Part shown: in pieces, positions 10,331 through 20,956 of the stretch | Position numbering within the stretch: the stretch's first letter is position 1 | Layout of the letters: each line of letters starts with the position of its first letter | NCBI GenBank assembly: GCA_963720845.1 | Contig: CAVRHG010000001.1 | Span: 14,487 to 78,486, forward strand | DNA length: 64,000 bases | Origin: an uncultured Actinomycetota bacterium | GTDB taxonomy: Bacteria > Actinomycetota > Actinomycetes > Mycobacteriales > Pseudonocardiaceae | Direction: 5' to 3' | The notes under the pieces: model-generated | Databases searched by the model: none | What the model was told of the DNA's origin: nothing | What the model saw: only the letters and a program-made list of their open reading frames with translations | Translations under genes and position numbers: made by a program

Positions 10331-13300
10331 ATGCCCACGGTCGAGGTGCCGCGGCCGCCACGCACTGTCCCGCGGATGCCCGGGGGCGAGCTCGCGATCG
10401 AGCCGCCACCCGAGCCCGAGCGGCCCGTCCCGCCTGCGCTCCTCGCCCGGTTGCTGCCCGGAGTGATGCTGCTGGGTTCGGTCGGTTTCGTCGCGCTGGG
10501 TCCGCGCGATCCGTCGTCGCTGCTGTTCGGCGGCATGTTCGCGCTGTCGACGGTCGGGATGCTGCTCGTCGGAGGCGGGGGACGGAGCGCTGGTCAGCGG
10601 CAGGCGGCGATGGACGAGGAGCGGCGCGACTACCTGCGCTACCTCGCGGCGACGCGCAGGCGGGTCCGGGTCGTCGTCGCGGAGCAGCGGGCGGCCCTGG
10701 AGCACGTGCATCCTGATCCCGCCGCCTGGCCCGCGGTGCTCGCGGCCGGGCGGCTGTGGGAACGTCGCAGCTCCGACGCCGATTTCGGCCTGCTGCGCAC
10801 GGGGACCGGCGCGCAGCGGCTGGCCACAGCACTGATCGCGCCGCAGACCGGTCCGGTGGACGGGCTCGAGCCGGTGACGGCGCTCGCCCTGCGCCGGTTC
10901 CTGCGGACGCACGCGGTCGTCCCCGACCTGCCGGTCGCCCTGTCGCTGCACGGGACGGCGGCGATCTGGCTCGAGGCGGCACCGGGCGCCGGGCCCGAGC
11001 ACGCCCGCGCACTGGCGCGGGCTCTGGTCGCGCAGTACGTGCTGTGGCACGGCCCCACGGACGCGCTGCTCGCGGTGGTCGCCCCCGCGTACCTGGCGCC
11101 GGAGTGGGAGTGGGTCAAGTGGCTGCCGCACGCCGGGCATCCGCGGCTCCGCGACGCCGTCGGGCCGGTGCGGATGGTCACGGCCCGGGCTGACGACGTC
11201 CGGCAGTGGTGGGAGGCCGAGCTCGCGGGCCGTGCCCCGGGTACCGAAGCGGCGGAGCCGCACCTGCTCGTGGTCGTCGACGACGCGGCCGGCCCCGGCT
11301 CGTGGGCCGCGGTCGCGGGCACGACGGTGCTGCGCGTGGGGGCGCCACCCGGCCGGCGGCCGACTGCCGCCGTGGTGCGCCTGCTCGTCGGGCCGAGCGA
11401 GCTCTCCTGGACGGACGGGGCCGGCGGCGTCGGTGCGGTCGGGTGGCCGGACGCGTTCCCGGTCGCCGAGGCCACGGCGCTGGCCCGCAGGCTCGCCCGG
11501 TATCGGCCCGCGGGCGCCGGTCCCCACGCCGGCCCGGAGTCGGCGGCGGGCCTGCCCGAGCTGCTCGGCCTCGTGCGGGGTGGGCTCGGCACGGTCACCG
11601 CGGAGGCCGTCGAAGCGCTGCGCGTCCACCGCCACCGCCGGGCGACGGACCGGTTGTGCGTGCCGGTCGGGGCGGACGACGCGGGGGCGCCGGTGGCGCT
11701 GGACCTCAAGGAGTCCGCCCAGGGCGGCAGCGGCCCGCACGGCCTGTGCATCGGCGCCACGGGATCGGGGAAGAGCGAGCTGCTCCGGACCCTGGTCCTG
11801 GGGCTGGTCGCCACCCACTCGTCGGCCGAGCTGAACCTCGTGCTCGTCGACTTCAAGGGCGGTGCCACGTTCCTCGGCCTCGGGGGCCTCCCGCACGTCT
11901 CCGCCGTGATCACCAACCTGGCGGACGAGCTGCATCTGGTCGATCGGATGGCGGACGCGCTGGAGGGCGAGCTCACCCGGCGCCAGGAGCTGCTGCGGGC
12001 CGCGGGCAACCTCACCGGGGTGGCCGAGTACGCCGCTGCGCGCCGCACCGTCGGGCGTGACCTGCCCCCGCTGCCGGCGCTGCTGGTCGTCGTCGACGAG
12101 TTCTCCGAGCTGCTCGCCCAGCGCCCGGAGCTCGTCGATCTCCTCGGGACGATCGGGCGGCTCGGCCGATCGCTCGGAATCCACCTGCTGCTCGCGTCGC
12201 AGCGGCTCGACGAGGGCCGGCTGCGCGGGCTCGACTCGCACCTCTCCTACCGGATCGCGCTGCGCACCTTCTCCGCTGCCGAGTCGCGCGCGGTGCTGGG
12301 GGTGCCCGACGCCCACCGGTTGCCGCCCGCGCCCGGCTCGGCGTTCCTCGCCACGGGGACGGGCGAGCTGGTCCGGTTCCGGGCCGCGTACGTCTCCGGC
12401 CCGATCACCGGCCCGTCGGTCCGGACGGCGCCGGGCTCGCAGGCCCAGCGCCGGGCCCGGCGCTTCCGCGTCGGGCCGGTGGGGCCGGACGGAACGGGGG
12501 TGCCACCCGGAGCGGAGCCGGACGGTCCCACGGTGCTCGACACGATGATCGCGGCGATGGTCGGGCGGGGACCGGCGGCACACCGGGTGTGGCTGCCTCC
12601 ACTGGATGCGGCGCCGCCCCTCGACCAACTGCTCGGCATGCCCGCGGTCCGGCCGGGACGGGGCCTCGCGGCACCACTGTCCGGCGGGACGCTGCAGGTG
12701 CCCGTCGGCGTGCTCGACCGGCCGCTTCTGCAGCGCCGGGAGCGGCTGACGCTCGACCTGGCGACCGCCGCCGGCCATCTCGTCGTGGTCGGCGGGCCCC
12801 GGGCGGGCAAGTCCGGGGCGGTCCGAACGGTCGTGCTGGCCCTCGCCCTCACCCACCGCCCGGACGAGCTCGGCGTGCATGTCATCGACTTCGGCGGCGG
12901 TGGGCTGTCGGTGCTGGCGGGCCTGCCTCACGTCGGCACGGTCACGGACCGGCAGCACCCGGACGTCGTACGCCGGGTCGTCGCCGAGGCGGCGGCCGTG
13001 CTGGACCGGCGGGAGCGGCTGTTCCGCACGGCGGGTGTCGGGTCCGTCGAGGAGTTCCGGGCCCGCAGAACGGCGGGCGAGTTTCCCGCAGAGGCCGCCA
13101 CGGACGTCCTGCTCGTGATCGACGGCTACCTCGTGCTGCGCGGGGAGTTCGACGACCTGGAGGCCCGCCTGCTGCCGCTCGCCGCGCAGGGCCTCTCGTA
13201 CGGTCTGCACCTGGTGGTCACGGCGAACCGCTGGAGCGAGCTGCGGCCTGCGCTCAAGGACGCCCTCGGTAGTCGCCTCGAGCTGCGGTTGGGCGAGCCG

Positions 13301-14314
13301 GCCGAGTCCGAGGTGGACCGCCGCCGGGCGAGTGCGGTCCCCGCACGACCGGGACACGGCCTGGCGGCGGACGGAGCACCGATGGTGCTGGCTGCCCCGT
13401 GGCTGTCGACCGGCGGTACCGAGGCGGTCGGCGGCGGAGACACAGGCGGTGACACGGGCGGTCTCGTGGCCGCTGTCGCCGACGCGTGGACCGGCCCGTC
13501 GTTCGCCCCGGTCGCGATGCTGCCGGATCTGGTGCACCTCGACGACGTCCCGGCCGTCGCCGTGGGCCGTGTCGGTCCCGGCCGGGGCGGGATTGCGATC
13601 GGCCTGGATGAGGAGGGTCTCGCCCCGGTCGCGGTCGATCTGGGCGCGGACCCGCACCTCGTGTGCTTTGCGGACGCGGAGAGCGGCAAGACCACGCTCC
13701 TGCGGGTGGTCGCGCACGGGCTGGCCGCGCGGTACGGGCCGGACGAGCTGCGCATCGTGGTCGTCGACTACCGCCGCGGGCTGCTTGGCGCCGTGCCTGC
13801 CACCCACCTACTCGCGTACGCGAGTACGGCCGACGCGGCCGCGGAGGCGGCCCACGACATCGCCGCGTCCCTGCGGGGACGGCTTCCGGGCCCGACCGTC
13901 GGGCCGCGGGAGCTGCGTGAACGGAGCTGGTGGAGCGGCCCGGAGGTGGTGGTGCTCGTCGACGACTACGACCTCGTAGCTCCCGGTGGCGCCACCGTCC
14001 ATCCGCTGCTGCCGCTGCTGGAGTTCCTGCCACAGGCCAAGGACGTCGGACTGCACGTGGTCGTCACCCGTCGTTGCGGCGGGGCGGCCCGGGCGCTGTT
14101 CGATCCGTTGGTCGGTCGGCTGCGCGAGCTCGCCGTCCCGGGGCTGGTGATGAACGGCAGCCCGGACGAGGGCGCGCTGGTCGGCTCAGTCCGGCCGCAG
14201 CCGCTGCCACCGGGCCGGGGCACGCTCGTCGACCGGCGGCGCGGCAACCGCCGCGTCCAGCTCGCGTGGCTCCCGCCCGATCCGGATGCGGAGCCCGGAG
14301 GAGCCGGTCCGTGA
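10331..14314 (+). CDS. eccC: Type VII secretion FtsK-like ATPase EccC (fused a/b)
   Basis: Two TMs; Walker A motifs GATGSGKS, GGPRAGKS, ADAESGKT; VVVDEFSEL. Confidence 0.97.
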   Translation: MPTVEVPRPPRTVPRMPGGELAIEPPPEPERPVPPALLARLLPGVMLLGSVGFVALGPRDPSSLLFGGMFALSTVGMLLVGGGGRSAGQRQAAMDEERRDYLRYLAATRRRVRVVVAEQRAALEHVHPDPAAWPAVLAAGRLWERRSSDADFGLLRTGTGAQRLATALIAPQTGPVDGLEPVTALALRRFLRTHAVVPDLPVALSLHGTAAIWLEAAPGAGPEHARALARALVAQYVLWHGPTDALLAVVAPAYLAPEWEWVKWLPHAGHPRLRDAVGPVRMVTARADDVRQWWEAELAGRAPGTEAAEPHLLVVVDDAAGPGSWAAVAGTTVLRVGAPPGRRPTAAVVRLLVGPSELSWTDGAGGVGAVGWPDAFPVAEATALARRLARYRPAGAGPHAGPESAAGLPELLGLVRGGLGTVTAEAVEALRVHRHRRATDRLCVPVGADDAGAPVALDLKESAQGGSGPHGLCIGATGSGKSELLRTLVLGLVATHSSAELNLVLVDFKGGATFLGLGGLPHVSAVITNLADELHLVDRMADALEGELTRRQELLRAAGNLTGVAEYAAARRTVGRDLPPLPALLVVVDEFSELLAQRPELVDLLGTIGRLGRSLGIHLLLASQRLDEGRLRGLDSHLSYRIALRTFSAAESRAVLGVPDAHRLPPAPGSAFLATGTGELVRFRAAYVSGPITGPSVRTAPGSQAQRRARRFRVGPVGPDGTGVPPGAEPDGPTVLDTMIAAMVGRGPAAHRVWLPPLDAAPPLDQLLGMPAVRPGRGLAAPLSGGTLQVPVGVLDRPLLQRRERLTLDLATAAGHLVVVGGPRAGKSGAVRTVVLALALTHRPDELGVHVIDFGGGGLSVLAGLPHVGTVTDRQHPDVVRRVVAEAAAVLDRRERLFRTAGVGSVEEFRARRTAGEFPAEAATDVLLVIDGYLVLRGEFDDLEARLLPLAAQGLSYGLHLVVTANRWSELRPALKDALGSRLELRLGEPAESEVDRRRASAVPARPGHGLAADGAPMVLAAPWLSTGGTEAVGGGDTGGDTGGLVAAVADAWTGPSFAPVAMLPDLVHLDDVPAVAVGRVGPGRGGIAIGLDEEGLAPVAVDLGADPHLVCFADAESGKTTLLRVVAHGLAARYGPDELRIVVVDYRRGLLGAVPATHLLAYASTADAAAEAAHDIAASLRGRLPGPTVGPRELRERSWWSGPEVVVLVDDYDLVAPGGATVHPLLPLLEFLPQAKDVGLHVVVTRRCGGAARALFDPLVGRLRELAVPGLVMNGSPDEGALVGSVRPQPLPPGRGTLVDRRRGNRRVQLAWLPPDPDAEPGGAGP

Positions 14315-15828
14315 ACCGCGTCGCCGTGTCGGCAGGGAGCGCGTGGGTGCGCATCGCGGGCGACGACCCCCGCCCACGGCTGCTCGCGGAGCTGCCGGTG
14401 CCGGCGAGCGGCGACGCGCCAGGAGTGCTCGCGGCCGGCCTGACGGCGCTGTTGGACCGGCCCGTGGACGAACTGATCATCGTGCATGGCGCCGGCCCAC
14501 CACCCGCGGTGCCGCCGGGTGCGGCCACGGTGGTGCGGGTCGTGCCGGCGGCCGTCGCGGCGCTGGGGTGCCACCCGGACGGCGCCGCGGACACCGCCGA
14601 CCTCCCGGCGGAGGTCGTGGTCGTCGATGCCGGGCGGTCCGGCACCGATGTCGTCCGGGTCTCCGGCGGGCGCGTCGTGACCGCCTTCCGGGTCCCCGTC
14701 GGCGGCACGGTCCTGGACGACGTCACGGCGGAGCTGATGGGCGGGCGCGGGACCGTGGGCGCGGCCGCGCGGGCCGTGCGCGAGGAGCTCTCGCTGCTGC
14801 CGGTGGTGCGCGGGGGCGGGCCTCCGGCTGATCTGGGCACCGATGCGGTGCGCTGCGCACTGGCCCCGCCGCTGGCGGCCGTCGTCGCGGCCGTCCGGAC
14901 GGTGGTGGACGGCGCCGGTCCTGGGCGGTCGCCCCCGGTGCTGCTGATCGGCGGCGTCGCCCGGACGCCGCTGCTCGCCGAACTGCTCGACGCCGCCGGG
15001 GTGCCCGACGTACGCGTGGCCGGCCGGCCGGACGGCGCGGCCGTCGTGGGCGCGCTCCGGTTGCCCGCACAGTTGCTGGGGTCGCCACTGATCGCGAGCC
15101 CGGTGGCCGGTTCGCACGCGTCCTTCCCGGAATCGCCCTCACCGGGAACGCCGCTCGACACCCGGGCGGCCCGGTCCGGGGCGCCTGCGGCGTACTGGCT
15201 CCCGCCCGTCGCCCCCACCCGGCACCGTCCGCTGCGGGCGCTGGCGGCCGCGGTCGCGGCGGCGGTCGCGCTGGCCGGGCTGTATGCGGTGGACACCGCG
15301 CTGCCCGCGACCGGCCCGATCCCGCTGACCGCCGCCGGTGATCTCGTCCAGTACGGCTACACGGTGCGGCTTCCGGCGGGGTGGGCCCATACGGGCGGGT
15401 TACCGGAGCGCAGGCGCAGCCTCCTGACACCCGTGGGCGCGCCCGACGGCAGCGACTTGATCTCCGTGGAGCGCACGCAGCTCGGGTACGACGCCGATGC
15501 GGAGCCGCAGCGCGCCCGTGTCGAGCTGCGGGCGGAGTTCGACCGCGCAGTGGCCGCGGGCGCACCGCTGGCCGGGTTCGACGACGACGCACGGCTCGCG
15601 GGGCGAGCCGTCGTGACCTACCGGGAGACCGGGCGCGGCCCGCACCCCGGCGGGTCCGACCGGGCCGAGTCCGGCAGGGCAGAGGTCGATGGGGCTGAGG
15701 TCGACTGGTACGTGGTGCTCGACGGCGATGCGCAGCTCAGCGTCGGCTGCCGGCACACCGCCGCCGGGGTGGCCCGGGTCGCGGCGGCGTGCGCGACCGT
15801 CGTCGACTCGCTGCACCGTACGAGCTGA
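14311..15828 (+). CDS. T7SS-associated protein (Rv3446c-like, Hsp70/actin-like N-domain)
   Basis: Between eccC and the esx pair; VVVDAGRSGTD, LLIGGVARTP; C-terminal VTYRE...VDWYV...SVGC. Confidence 0.8.
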   Translation: MNRVAVSAGSAWVRIAGDDPRPRLLAELPVPASGDAPGVLAAGLTALLDRPVDELIIVHGAGPPPAVPPGAATVVRVVPAAVAALGCHPDGAADTADLPAEVVVVDAGRSGTDVVRVSGGRVVTAFRVPVGGTVLDDVTAELMGGRGTVGAAARAVREELSLLPVVRGGGPPADLGTDAVRCALAPPLAAVVAAVRTVVDGAGPGRSPPVLLIGGVARTPLLAELLDAAGVPDVRVAGRPDGAAVVGALRLPAQLLGSPLIASPVAGSHASFPESPSPGTPLDTRAARSGAPAAYWLPPVAPTRHRPLRALAAAVAAAVALAGLYAVDTALPATGPIPLTAAGDLVQYGYTVRLPAGWAHTGGLPERRRSLLTPVGAPDGSDLISVERTQLGYDADAEPQRARVELRAEFDRAVAAGAPLAGFDDDARLAGRAVVTYRETGRGPHPGGSDRAESGRAEVDGAEVDWYVVLDGDAQLSVGCRHTAAGVARVAAACATVVDSLHRTS

Positions 15829-16004
15829 CCGGACATGTGGAGCCCGCGCGGTGGAGTCGTCGACATGCCCGCTGACGAGCGCGTTCGCAGTCGCACACGG
15901 TTTCCCCGAACGACCCCACGGGTCGGGGTGTCGCTGTCACCGTGGCTCTGGACACACCACCGGTACAGCGGCACCGGGATACCGACCGGGGCAAGGGGGA
16001 CGAC

Positions 16005-16346
16005 ATGGCGGACGGACGTGACCCGATCGGGTCGGGAGCCGGTGGGTTCGGCACCACCGTCGAGGAGATGGCGCGCGCCGGAAGGCACGTGCTCGCGGTC
16101 GACACCGAGGTACAGGCCGACCTCGCGGCCCTGCGCGGGCAGCTGGTCCCGCTTCAGGGCGCGTGGATGGGCGAGGCGGCGACCGCCTTCGCCGGCCTCA
16201 TGGCGCGCTGGGACGCCGACGCCCGCGCGCTCGGCGAGGCGCTGCGCGCCATCGGCGAAGCGATCCAGGGGTCGGGTCGTACGTACCAGCAGCAGGAAGA
16301 CGCCCAACGCACCGGGTTGTCCGCGATCCGCGCGGCGCTGGGCTGA
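16005..16346 (+). CDS. WXG100 secreted protein (EsxU-like)
   Basis: 113 aa, central WMG, YQQQE C-terminal motif. Confidence 0.93.
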   Translation: MADGRDPIGSGAGGFGTTVEEMARAGRHVLAVDTEVQADLAALRGQLVPLQGAWMGEAATAFAGLMARWDADARALGEALRAIGEAIQGSGRTYQQQEDAQRTGLSAIRAALG

Positions 16347-16362
16347 GCAGGGGAGAAGCACG

Positions 16363-16656
16363 ATGGGGGAGATCAAGGTGACCTTCGGGGCGCTCGAGGC
16401 GGCTCGCACGGACGTCATGGGCACGGCTGCCCGGATCGCGGGGCGGCTCGACGACCTGCGCCGCGCGGTGGTCCCGCTCGCGGCGACGTGGGAAGGGCAG
16501 GCCGCGCACGGGTACCGGGACCGACAGCGGCAGTGGGATGTCGCGGCGGCGGACCTGACCCGGGTGCTCGCCGATGTCGGCCGGGCGCTCGGTGAGGCCG
16601 AGGCGGGCTACCGGGCCGCCGAGACCGCCAATGCGAACCTGTGGCGGTCCACGTGA
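16363..16656 (+). CDS. WXG100 secreted protein (EsxT-like)
   Basis: 97 aa, IKVTFGAL, central WEG, YRAAE. Confidence 0.93.
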   Translation: MGEIKVTFGALEAARTDVMGTAARIAGRLDDLRRAVVPLAATWEGQAAHGYRDRQRQWDVAAADLTRVLADVGRALGEAEAGYRAAETANANLWRST

Positions 16657-16704
16657 GCGCCCGACCCGGGGGCCCGTGGTGTTGTGTCGGTTGCCAGGGG
16701 GTGA

Positions 16705-16867
16705 TTTGAAGTCGTCCGCAGGCGACGGGTACCCTCGACTATCGATGTGCGGTGGGTGGCGACCCGCGGCCGCGCCCCAACCGCGGCTCGTGCGCCTGCC
16801 CGGGGTCTCCCGCCCTACCGGCCGCAGCGACAGGCAGCATACGAGCCCAGAACGACGAGGTAGATCC
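16705..16867 (+). promoter_or_regulatory. Putative rplM promoter (TTGAAG...TACCCT) and structured leader
   Basis: -35/-10-like hexamers; ggctcgtg...tacgagcc closing stem in the leader. Confidence 0.5.
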
Positions 16868-17311
16868 GTGCCCACGTACAGCCCGAAGCCCGGCGATATC
16901 ACCCGCGCCTGGCACGTGATCGATGCCACGGATGTGGTGCTCGGCCGGCTCGCCTCCCAGGCCGCCACGCTCCTGCGTGGCAAGCACAAGCCCACCTTCG
17001 CGCCGCACATGGACACGGGCGACTTCGTGATCATCGTGAACGCGGAGAAGATCGCGGTTGCGCAGAGCAAGCGTGACAACGAGTTCGTCTACCGCCACAG
17101 CGGCTACCCGGGCGGTCTCCGCAAGCGCTCGGTCGGCGAGATGATCGAGAAGCACCCGGACCGGTTGGTCGAGAAGGCCGTGAAGGGCATGCTCCCGAAG
17201 AACCGGCTCGGCCGCGCGATCGGCAAGAAGCTCAAGGTGTACGCCGGCCCGGCGCACCCGCACGCGGCGCAGAAGCCCGTCGACTACGAGATCACCCAGG
17301 TCGCTCAGTGA
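16868..17311 (+). CDS. rplM: 50S ribosomal protein L13
   Basis: [31 protein letters not shown]. Confidence 0.99.
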   Translation: MPTYSPKPGDITRAWHVIDATDVVLGRLASQAATLLRGKHKPTFAPHMDTGDFVIIVNAEKIAVAQSKRDNEFVYRHSGYPGGLRKRSVGEMIEKHPDRLVEKAVKGMLPKNRLGRAIGKKLKVYAGPAHPHAAQKPVDYEITQVAQ

Positions 17312-17874
17312 GTGAGCCGACCGGCACCGAGTACCCGGAAGAGGGACAGCCCGTGACCACCCCCGAGTCCGAGATCGAGGCCGTCGAGGAGGCCGCCGTC
17401 GAGGCCGATGCGCTCGACGTCGCCGACACCGCCGACGAGTACGAGGCCGAGGTCGGGAACGCCGCCGAGATCCCCGTCGTCTTCACCGAGCGCCCCGTGC
17501 AGACCGTCGGCCGCCGCAAGGAGGCCGTGGTCCGCGTGCGCCTGATGCCCGGCACCGGCAAGTTCACGCTGAACGGCAAGAGCCTGGAGACCTACTTCCC
17601 GAACAAGCTGCACCAGCAGTTGATCCGGGAGCCCCTGGTCACGGTCGAGAAGACCGAGCGGTTCGACATCTTCGCGAACCTGCAGGGTGGCGGCACCTCC
17701 GGCCAGGCCGGCGCGCTGCGGCTGGCCATCGCCCGCGCCCTCATCGAGGTCGACGCCGAGGACCGTCCGCCGCTCAAGCGTGCCGGCTTCCTCACCCGGG
17801 ACGCCCGGGCGACGGAGCGCAAGAAGTACGGCCTCAAGAAGGCGCGTAAGGCGCCGCAGTACAGCAAGCGCTGA
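17308..17874 (+). CDS. rpsI: 30S ribosomal protein S9 with acidic N-terminal extension
   Basis: [29 protein letters not shown]. Confidence 0.98.
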   Translation: MSEPTGTEYPEEGQPVTTPESEIEAVEEAAVEADALDVADTADEYEAEVGNAAEIPVVFTERPVQTVGRRKEAVVRVRLMPGTGKFTLNGKSLETYFPNKLHQQLIREPLVTVEKTERFDIFANLQGGGTSGQAGALRLAIARALIEVDAEDRPPLKRAGFLTRDARATERKKYGLKKARKAPQYSKR

Positions 17875-17882
17875 TCGCAGGC

Positions 17883-19217
17883 GTGCGACGGCTGTTCGGC
17901 ACGGACGGCGTCCGCGGGCTGGCCAACGGTGAGGTGCTCACTCCTGAGCTCGCCCTCTTGTTGGCCGCCTCGGCGGCGCGCGTGCTCGCAGAACGCGACC
18001 GGTCCCATCGGCCCCTCGCCGTGGTTGGCCGCGACCCCCGCGCCAGCGGGGAGATGCTCGAGGCGGCGGTCGTCGCCGGGCTCGCCTCCGCCGGTGCGGA
18101 TGCCGTGCGGGTGGGCGTGCTGCCCACCCCGGCGGTCGCCCATCTCGTGGACGCGCTGAGTGCTGATCTGGGCGTGATGATCTCGGCGTCGCACAATGCG
18201 ATGCCGGACAACGGCATCAAGCTCTTCGCGGCGGGCGGCCACAAGCTGCCGGACGCCGTCGAGCTCGCCGTCGAGGAGGGCCTCGGCACGCCGTTCACCC
18301 GTCCTACCGGCGCCCGGATCGGCCGCGTGCGCGATCTTCCGGACGCCGAGCCGCGGTACGTGGCGCACCTGCTGGCGAGCACCCCGCAGCCGCTGTCCGG
18401 GCTGCGCGTGGTCGTCGACTGTGCCTACGGCGCGGCGTCGACGGCCGCCCCCGACTGCTACGCGCGCGCCGGCGCGGAGGTCGTCGCGCTGCACGCGGAC
18501 CCGGACGGGCTCAACATCAACGACGGCGTCGGTTCGACCCACCTCGGGCCGCTGCATGCGGCCGTGCGGGCGCACGGCGCGGACCTGGGCATCGCCCACG
18601 ACGGCGACGCCGACCGGTGCCTTGCGGTCGACGCGGACGGGCGCGACGTCGACGGCGACCAGATCATGGCGGTGCTGGCCCTTGCGATGCACGAGGCGGG
18701 CGAGCTCGTCGACGACACGCTCGTCGCCACGGTCATGAGCAACCTCGGCCTGCACATCGCGATGCGAGAGCACGGCATCAGGTTGCGGACCACGCAGGTC
18801 GGCGACCGGTACGTGCTGGAGGAGCTGCGCGCGGGCGGGTTGGCGCTCGGCGGCGAGCAGTCGGGGCACGTCGTGCTGCCCGCGCACGCCACCACCGGCG
18901 ACGGGCTGCTGACGGCCCTGCGCCTGATGGCCCGCATGGCCCAGACCGGCAAGAGCCTCGCCGATCTCGCGGGCGTCGTGGCCGTTCTGCCGCAGGTGCT
19001 GGAGAACGTCGAGGTGGCAGACAGGGACGCCGTCGCCGCGTCGCCCACCGTCCGGCAGGCCGTGGCCGCCGCTGAGGTGCGCCTCGGCGACACCGGCCGG
19101 GTGCTGCTGCGGCCCTCCGGCACGGAGCAGCTGGTGCGGGTGATGGTCGAGGCACCGACGATCGAGGAGGCCCGCGGGGTCGCCACGGAGCTGAGCGCGG
19201 TCGTAGCGGCGAGCTGA
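17883..19217 (+). CDS. glmM: Phosphoglucosamine mutase
   Basis: [34 protein letters not shown]. Confidence 0.98.
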   Translation: MRRLFGTDGVRGLANGEVLTPELALLLAASAARVLAERDRSHRPLAVVGRDPRASGEMLEAAVVAGLASAGADAVRVGVLPTPAVAHLVDALSADLGVMISASHNAMPDNGIKLFAAGGHKLPDAVELAVEEGLGTPFTRPTGARIGRVRDLPDAEPRYVAHLLASTPQPLSGLRVVVDCAYGAASTAAPDCYARAGAEVVALHADPDGLNINDGVGSTHLGPLHAAVRAHGADLGIAHDGDADRCLAVDADGRDVDGDQIMAVLALAMHEAGELVDDTLVATVMSNLGLHIAMREHGIRLRTTQVGDRYVLEELRAGGLALGGEQSGHVVLPAHATTGDGLLTALRLMARMAQTGKSLADLAGVVAVLPQVLENVEVADRDAVAASPTVRQAVAAAEVRLGDTGRVLLRPSGTEQLVRVMVEAPTIEEARGVATELSAVVAAS

Positions 19218-19288
19218 TCAGCTCTCCCACCTGTGCCGGGTTTCTCGGAACAGCCTCGGGACACGGTGCGGTAGGGCACCATCGAGCG

Positions 19289-19579
19289 GTGTCCTACGAG
19301 CTGCACGTCGACGTCACCGCACTGCGCGCCGCCCGGACGTCGGTTGAGGCGCTGCGCGCCGCACTGCGACCGGCCGCACTGGATCCCGCTGACCTGGCCG
19401 CACTCGCCGCGGAGCGCGGCGGTGCGGCGCTGGTCGCCGAGCACGACCGCCTGGTCGCCGCCGTGGTCCGGGCGGCCCGCGAGCTGGCGGAGCTGGACGT
19501 CGCCCTCGGGACGGCGGTCATCGGGCTGGAGGCGGCGGAGTCGCACGCGCTGCGGTCGCTGACCGTCGCGGACCGGTGA
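19289..19579 (+). CDS. Small helical protein, probable type VII secretion target
   Basis: 96 aa, LHVDVTALR N-terminus, LEAAE C-terminus; position equivalent to Rv3440c. Confidence 0.6.
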   Translation: MSYELHVDVTALRAARTSVEALRAALRPAALDPADLAALAAERGGAALVAEHDRLVAAVVRAARELAELDVALGTAVIGLEAAESHALRSLTVADR

Positions 19580-19914
19580 CATCCCCGGAGCGGCCGGAGC
19601 TGGAGAGGGTCCGGAACTGGTCGGCCGGTCTCGCGGCGGCGCTCAGCGCCGTCGCCGGGGAGGTCGGCGACCTCGCCCGGCGGCTCGCCGCGGGTTGGCC
19701 GGATCACCACGGCCGGGAATGGAGTGAGCGGCTGCTGACCCTGCGGACCAGCCTCGATCGTGACACCGACGCGGTCGTGAGTCTGGGGCAGGCGGCCGAG
19801 CGGATGGCGGACGGGCCGGTGACGGGCCCGCGGCTCGGCGGCACCGCCGCCCGCCGCGCGGACGACGAGCGCGGCGTCCGGATCCCGCGCCTCGACGACC
19901 CGGCAGGCGACTGA
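19576..19914 (+). CDS. Small WXG100-like hypothetical protein
   Basis: 112 aa, helix-WPD-helix; GTGA-coupled to the previous gene. Confidence 0.55.
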   Translation: MTSPERPELERVRNWSAGLAAALSAVAGEVGDLARRLAAGWPDHHGREWSERLLTLRTSLDRDTDAVVSLGQAAERMADGPVTGPRLGGTAARRADDERGVRIPRLDDPAGD

Positions 19915-19924
19915 CGGACCGCCG

Positions 19925-20752
19925 TCAGGAGCGGGTGATCAGCTCAGTGCCCTTGACCTTGCCCTCCACCAGCACGTCGCCGCGGTCTTCGTCGACGAGG
20001 TGGTGGAACAGGAACGCTGTGACGAGCGCGCGGGTCAGCTGCCGCGTCTTCGCACTCGGGCTGCCGGTGAGCAGAACGTCGCTCCAGTGGCGCCCGTCGA
20101 GGAACCCCGTGTGCTCGGCCTTGCGCAGCGTGCGCAGCCAGACGGGGCCGCCCGCCGCCGCGGTGATCGGCTCGGCGTGCCCGGCGGCCGGCGCAACCAT
20201 GTCGCGACCCGCCGCGATGTGCAACGTCGGCGCGGTCACACGGCGGGCGGCGTCGAGCGCGGAGGGCCGCGTCTGTGCGACCGCGATCGTGACGACCGCC
20301 GCCACCCGAGGCGTGTCCGCGGCGGCGAGCAGAGCGGCGCCCCCGCCGATCCCGTGCCCGACAAGCGCGGTCCGCCGGCCGTCGACGCTGATCTTCCCCT
20401 CGCCCAACCGAACCCCGACGCACACCTCCAGCGCGGTCCGCAGGTCCGCGGCGAACCGGGCGTGGCTGGGAAGCGGGCCGCGCTGGCTGTCCGGAGCGGC
20501 GACGACAAAACCCCACGAGGCGAGGTGGCGCAGCAACTCGGCGTAGCGGCCGACGGGCTGGAGCCAGTCGTGCCCGAACGCGACGGCGGGCAGGCCGAGC
20601 CCCTGTGCGGGCGCGAACACGACGCCCGGCACCCCGACCATGCCGAGGTCGCCGCGCAACACCTCGTGCGGGCCCGTGTCGGCGAGCCGCGACACCGCCT
20701 CGCGCGCGTTCCTCACTTCGGGCGGTCGGGCGAACGCGCTGGTGGGGCTCAC
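19925..20752 (-). CDS. Alpha/beta hydrolase fold protein (Rv3438-like, dienelactone hydrolase/chlorophyllase group)
   Basis: PAVAFGH, HLASWGFVVAAP, GHGIGG elbow. Confidence 0.85.
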   Translation of the reverse strand: MSPTSAFARPPEVRNAREAVSRLADTGPHEVLRGDLGMVGVPGVVFAPAQGLGLPAVAFGHDWLQPVGRYAELLRHLASWGFVVAAPDSQRGPLPSHARFAADLRTALEVCVGVRLGEGKISVDGRRTALVGHGIGGGAALLAAADTPRVAAVVTIAVAQTRPSALDAARRVTAPTLHIAAGRDMVAPAAGHAEPITAAAGGPVWLRTLRKAEHTGFLDGRHWSDVLLTGSPSAKTRQLTRALVTAFLFHHLVDEDRGDVLVEGKVKGTELITRS

Positions 20753-20956
20753 AGCGCAGCACCGTACCGCCGACGATCACCTCCGGCCCAGCGTGGTGGG
20801 CGCGATCGCGCCGCACGCGCCCGACCTGCGGTAACGATGATCGGCACGGCGACGATGCGGAGGAGACGGTGGCTAGTCAGAGGACATGTCGAAGCCCCAG
20901 GGCGCGCGGCACCCGGCTCGGGTTTCGAGATGCCCTCTAGAGACCTGGGAGAACCG

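Noticed and set aside
7610-13807. 2065-aa minus-strand ORF
   Set aside because: Only the last 386 aa (mycosin) are real; the rest is a stop-poor shadow frame over eccD and antisense to eccC.
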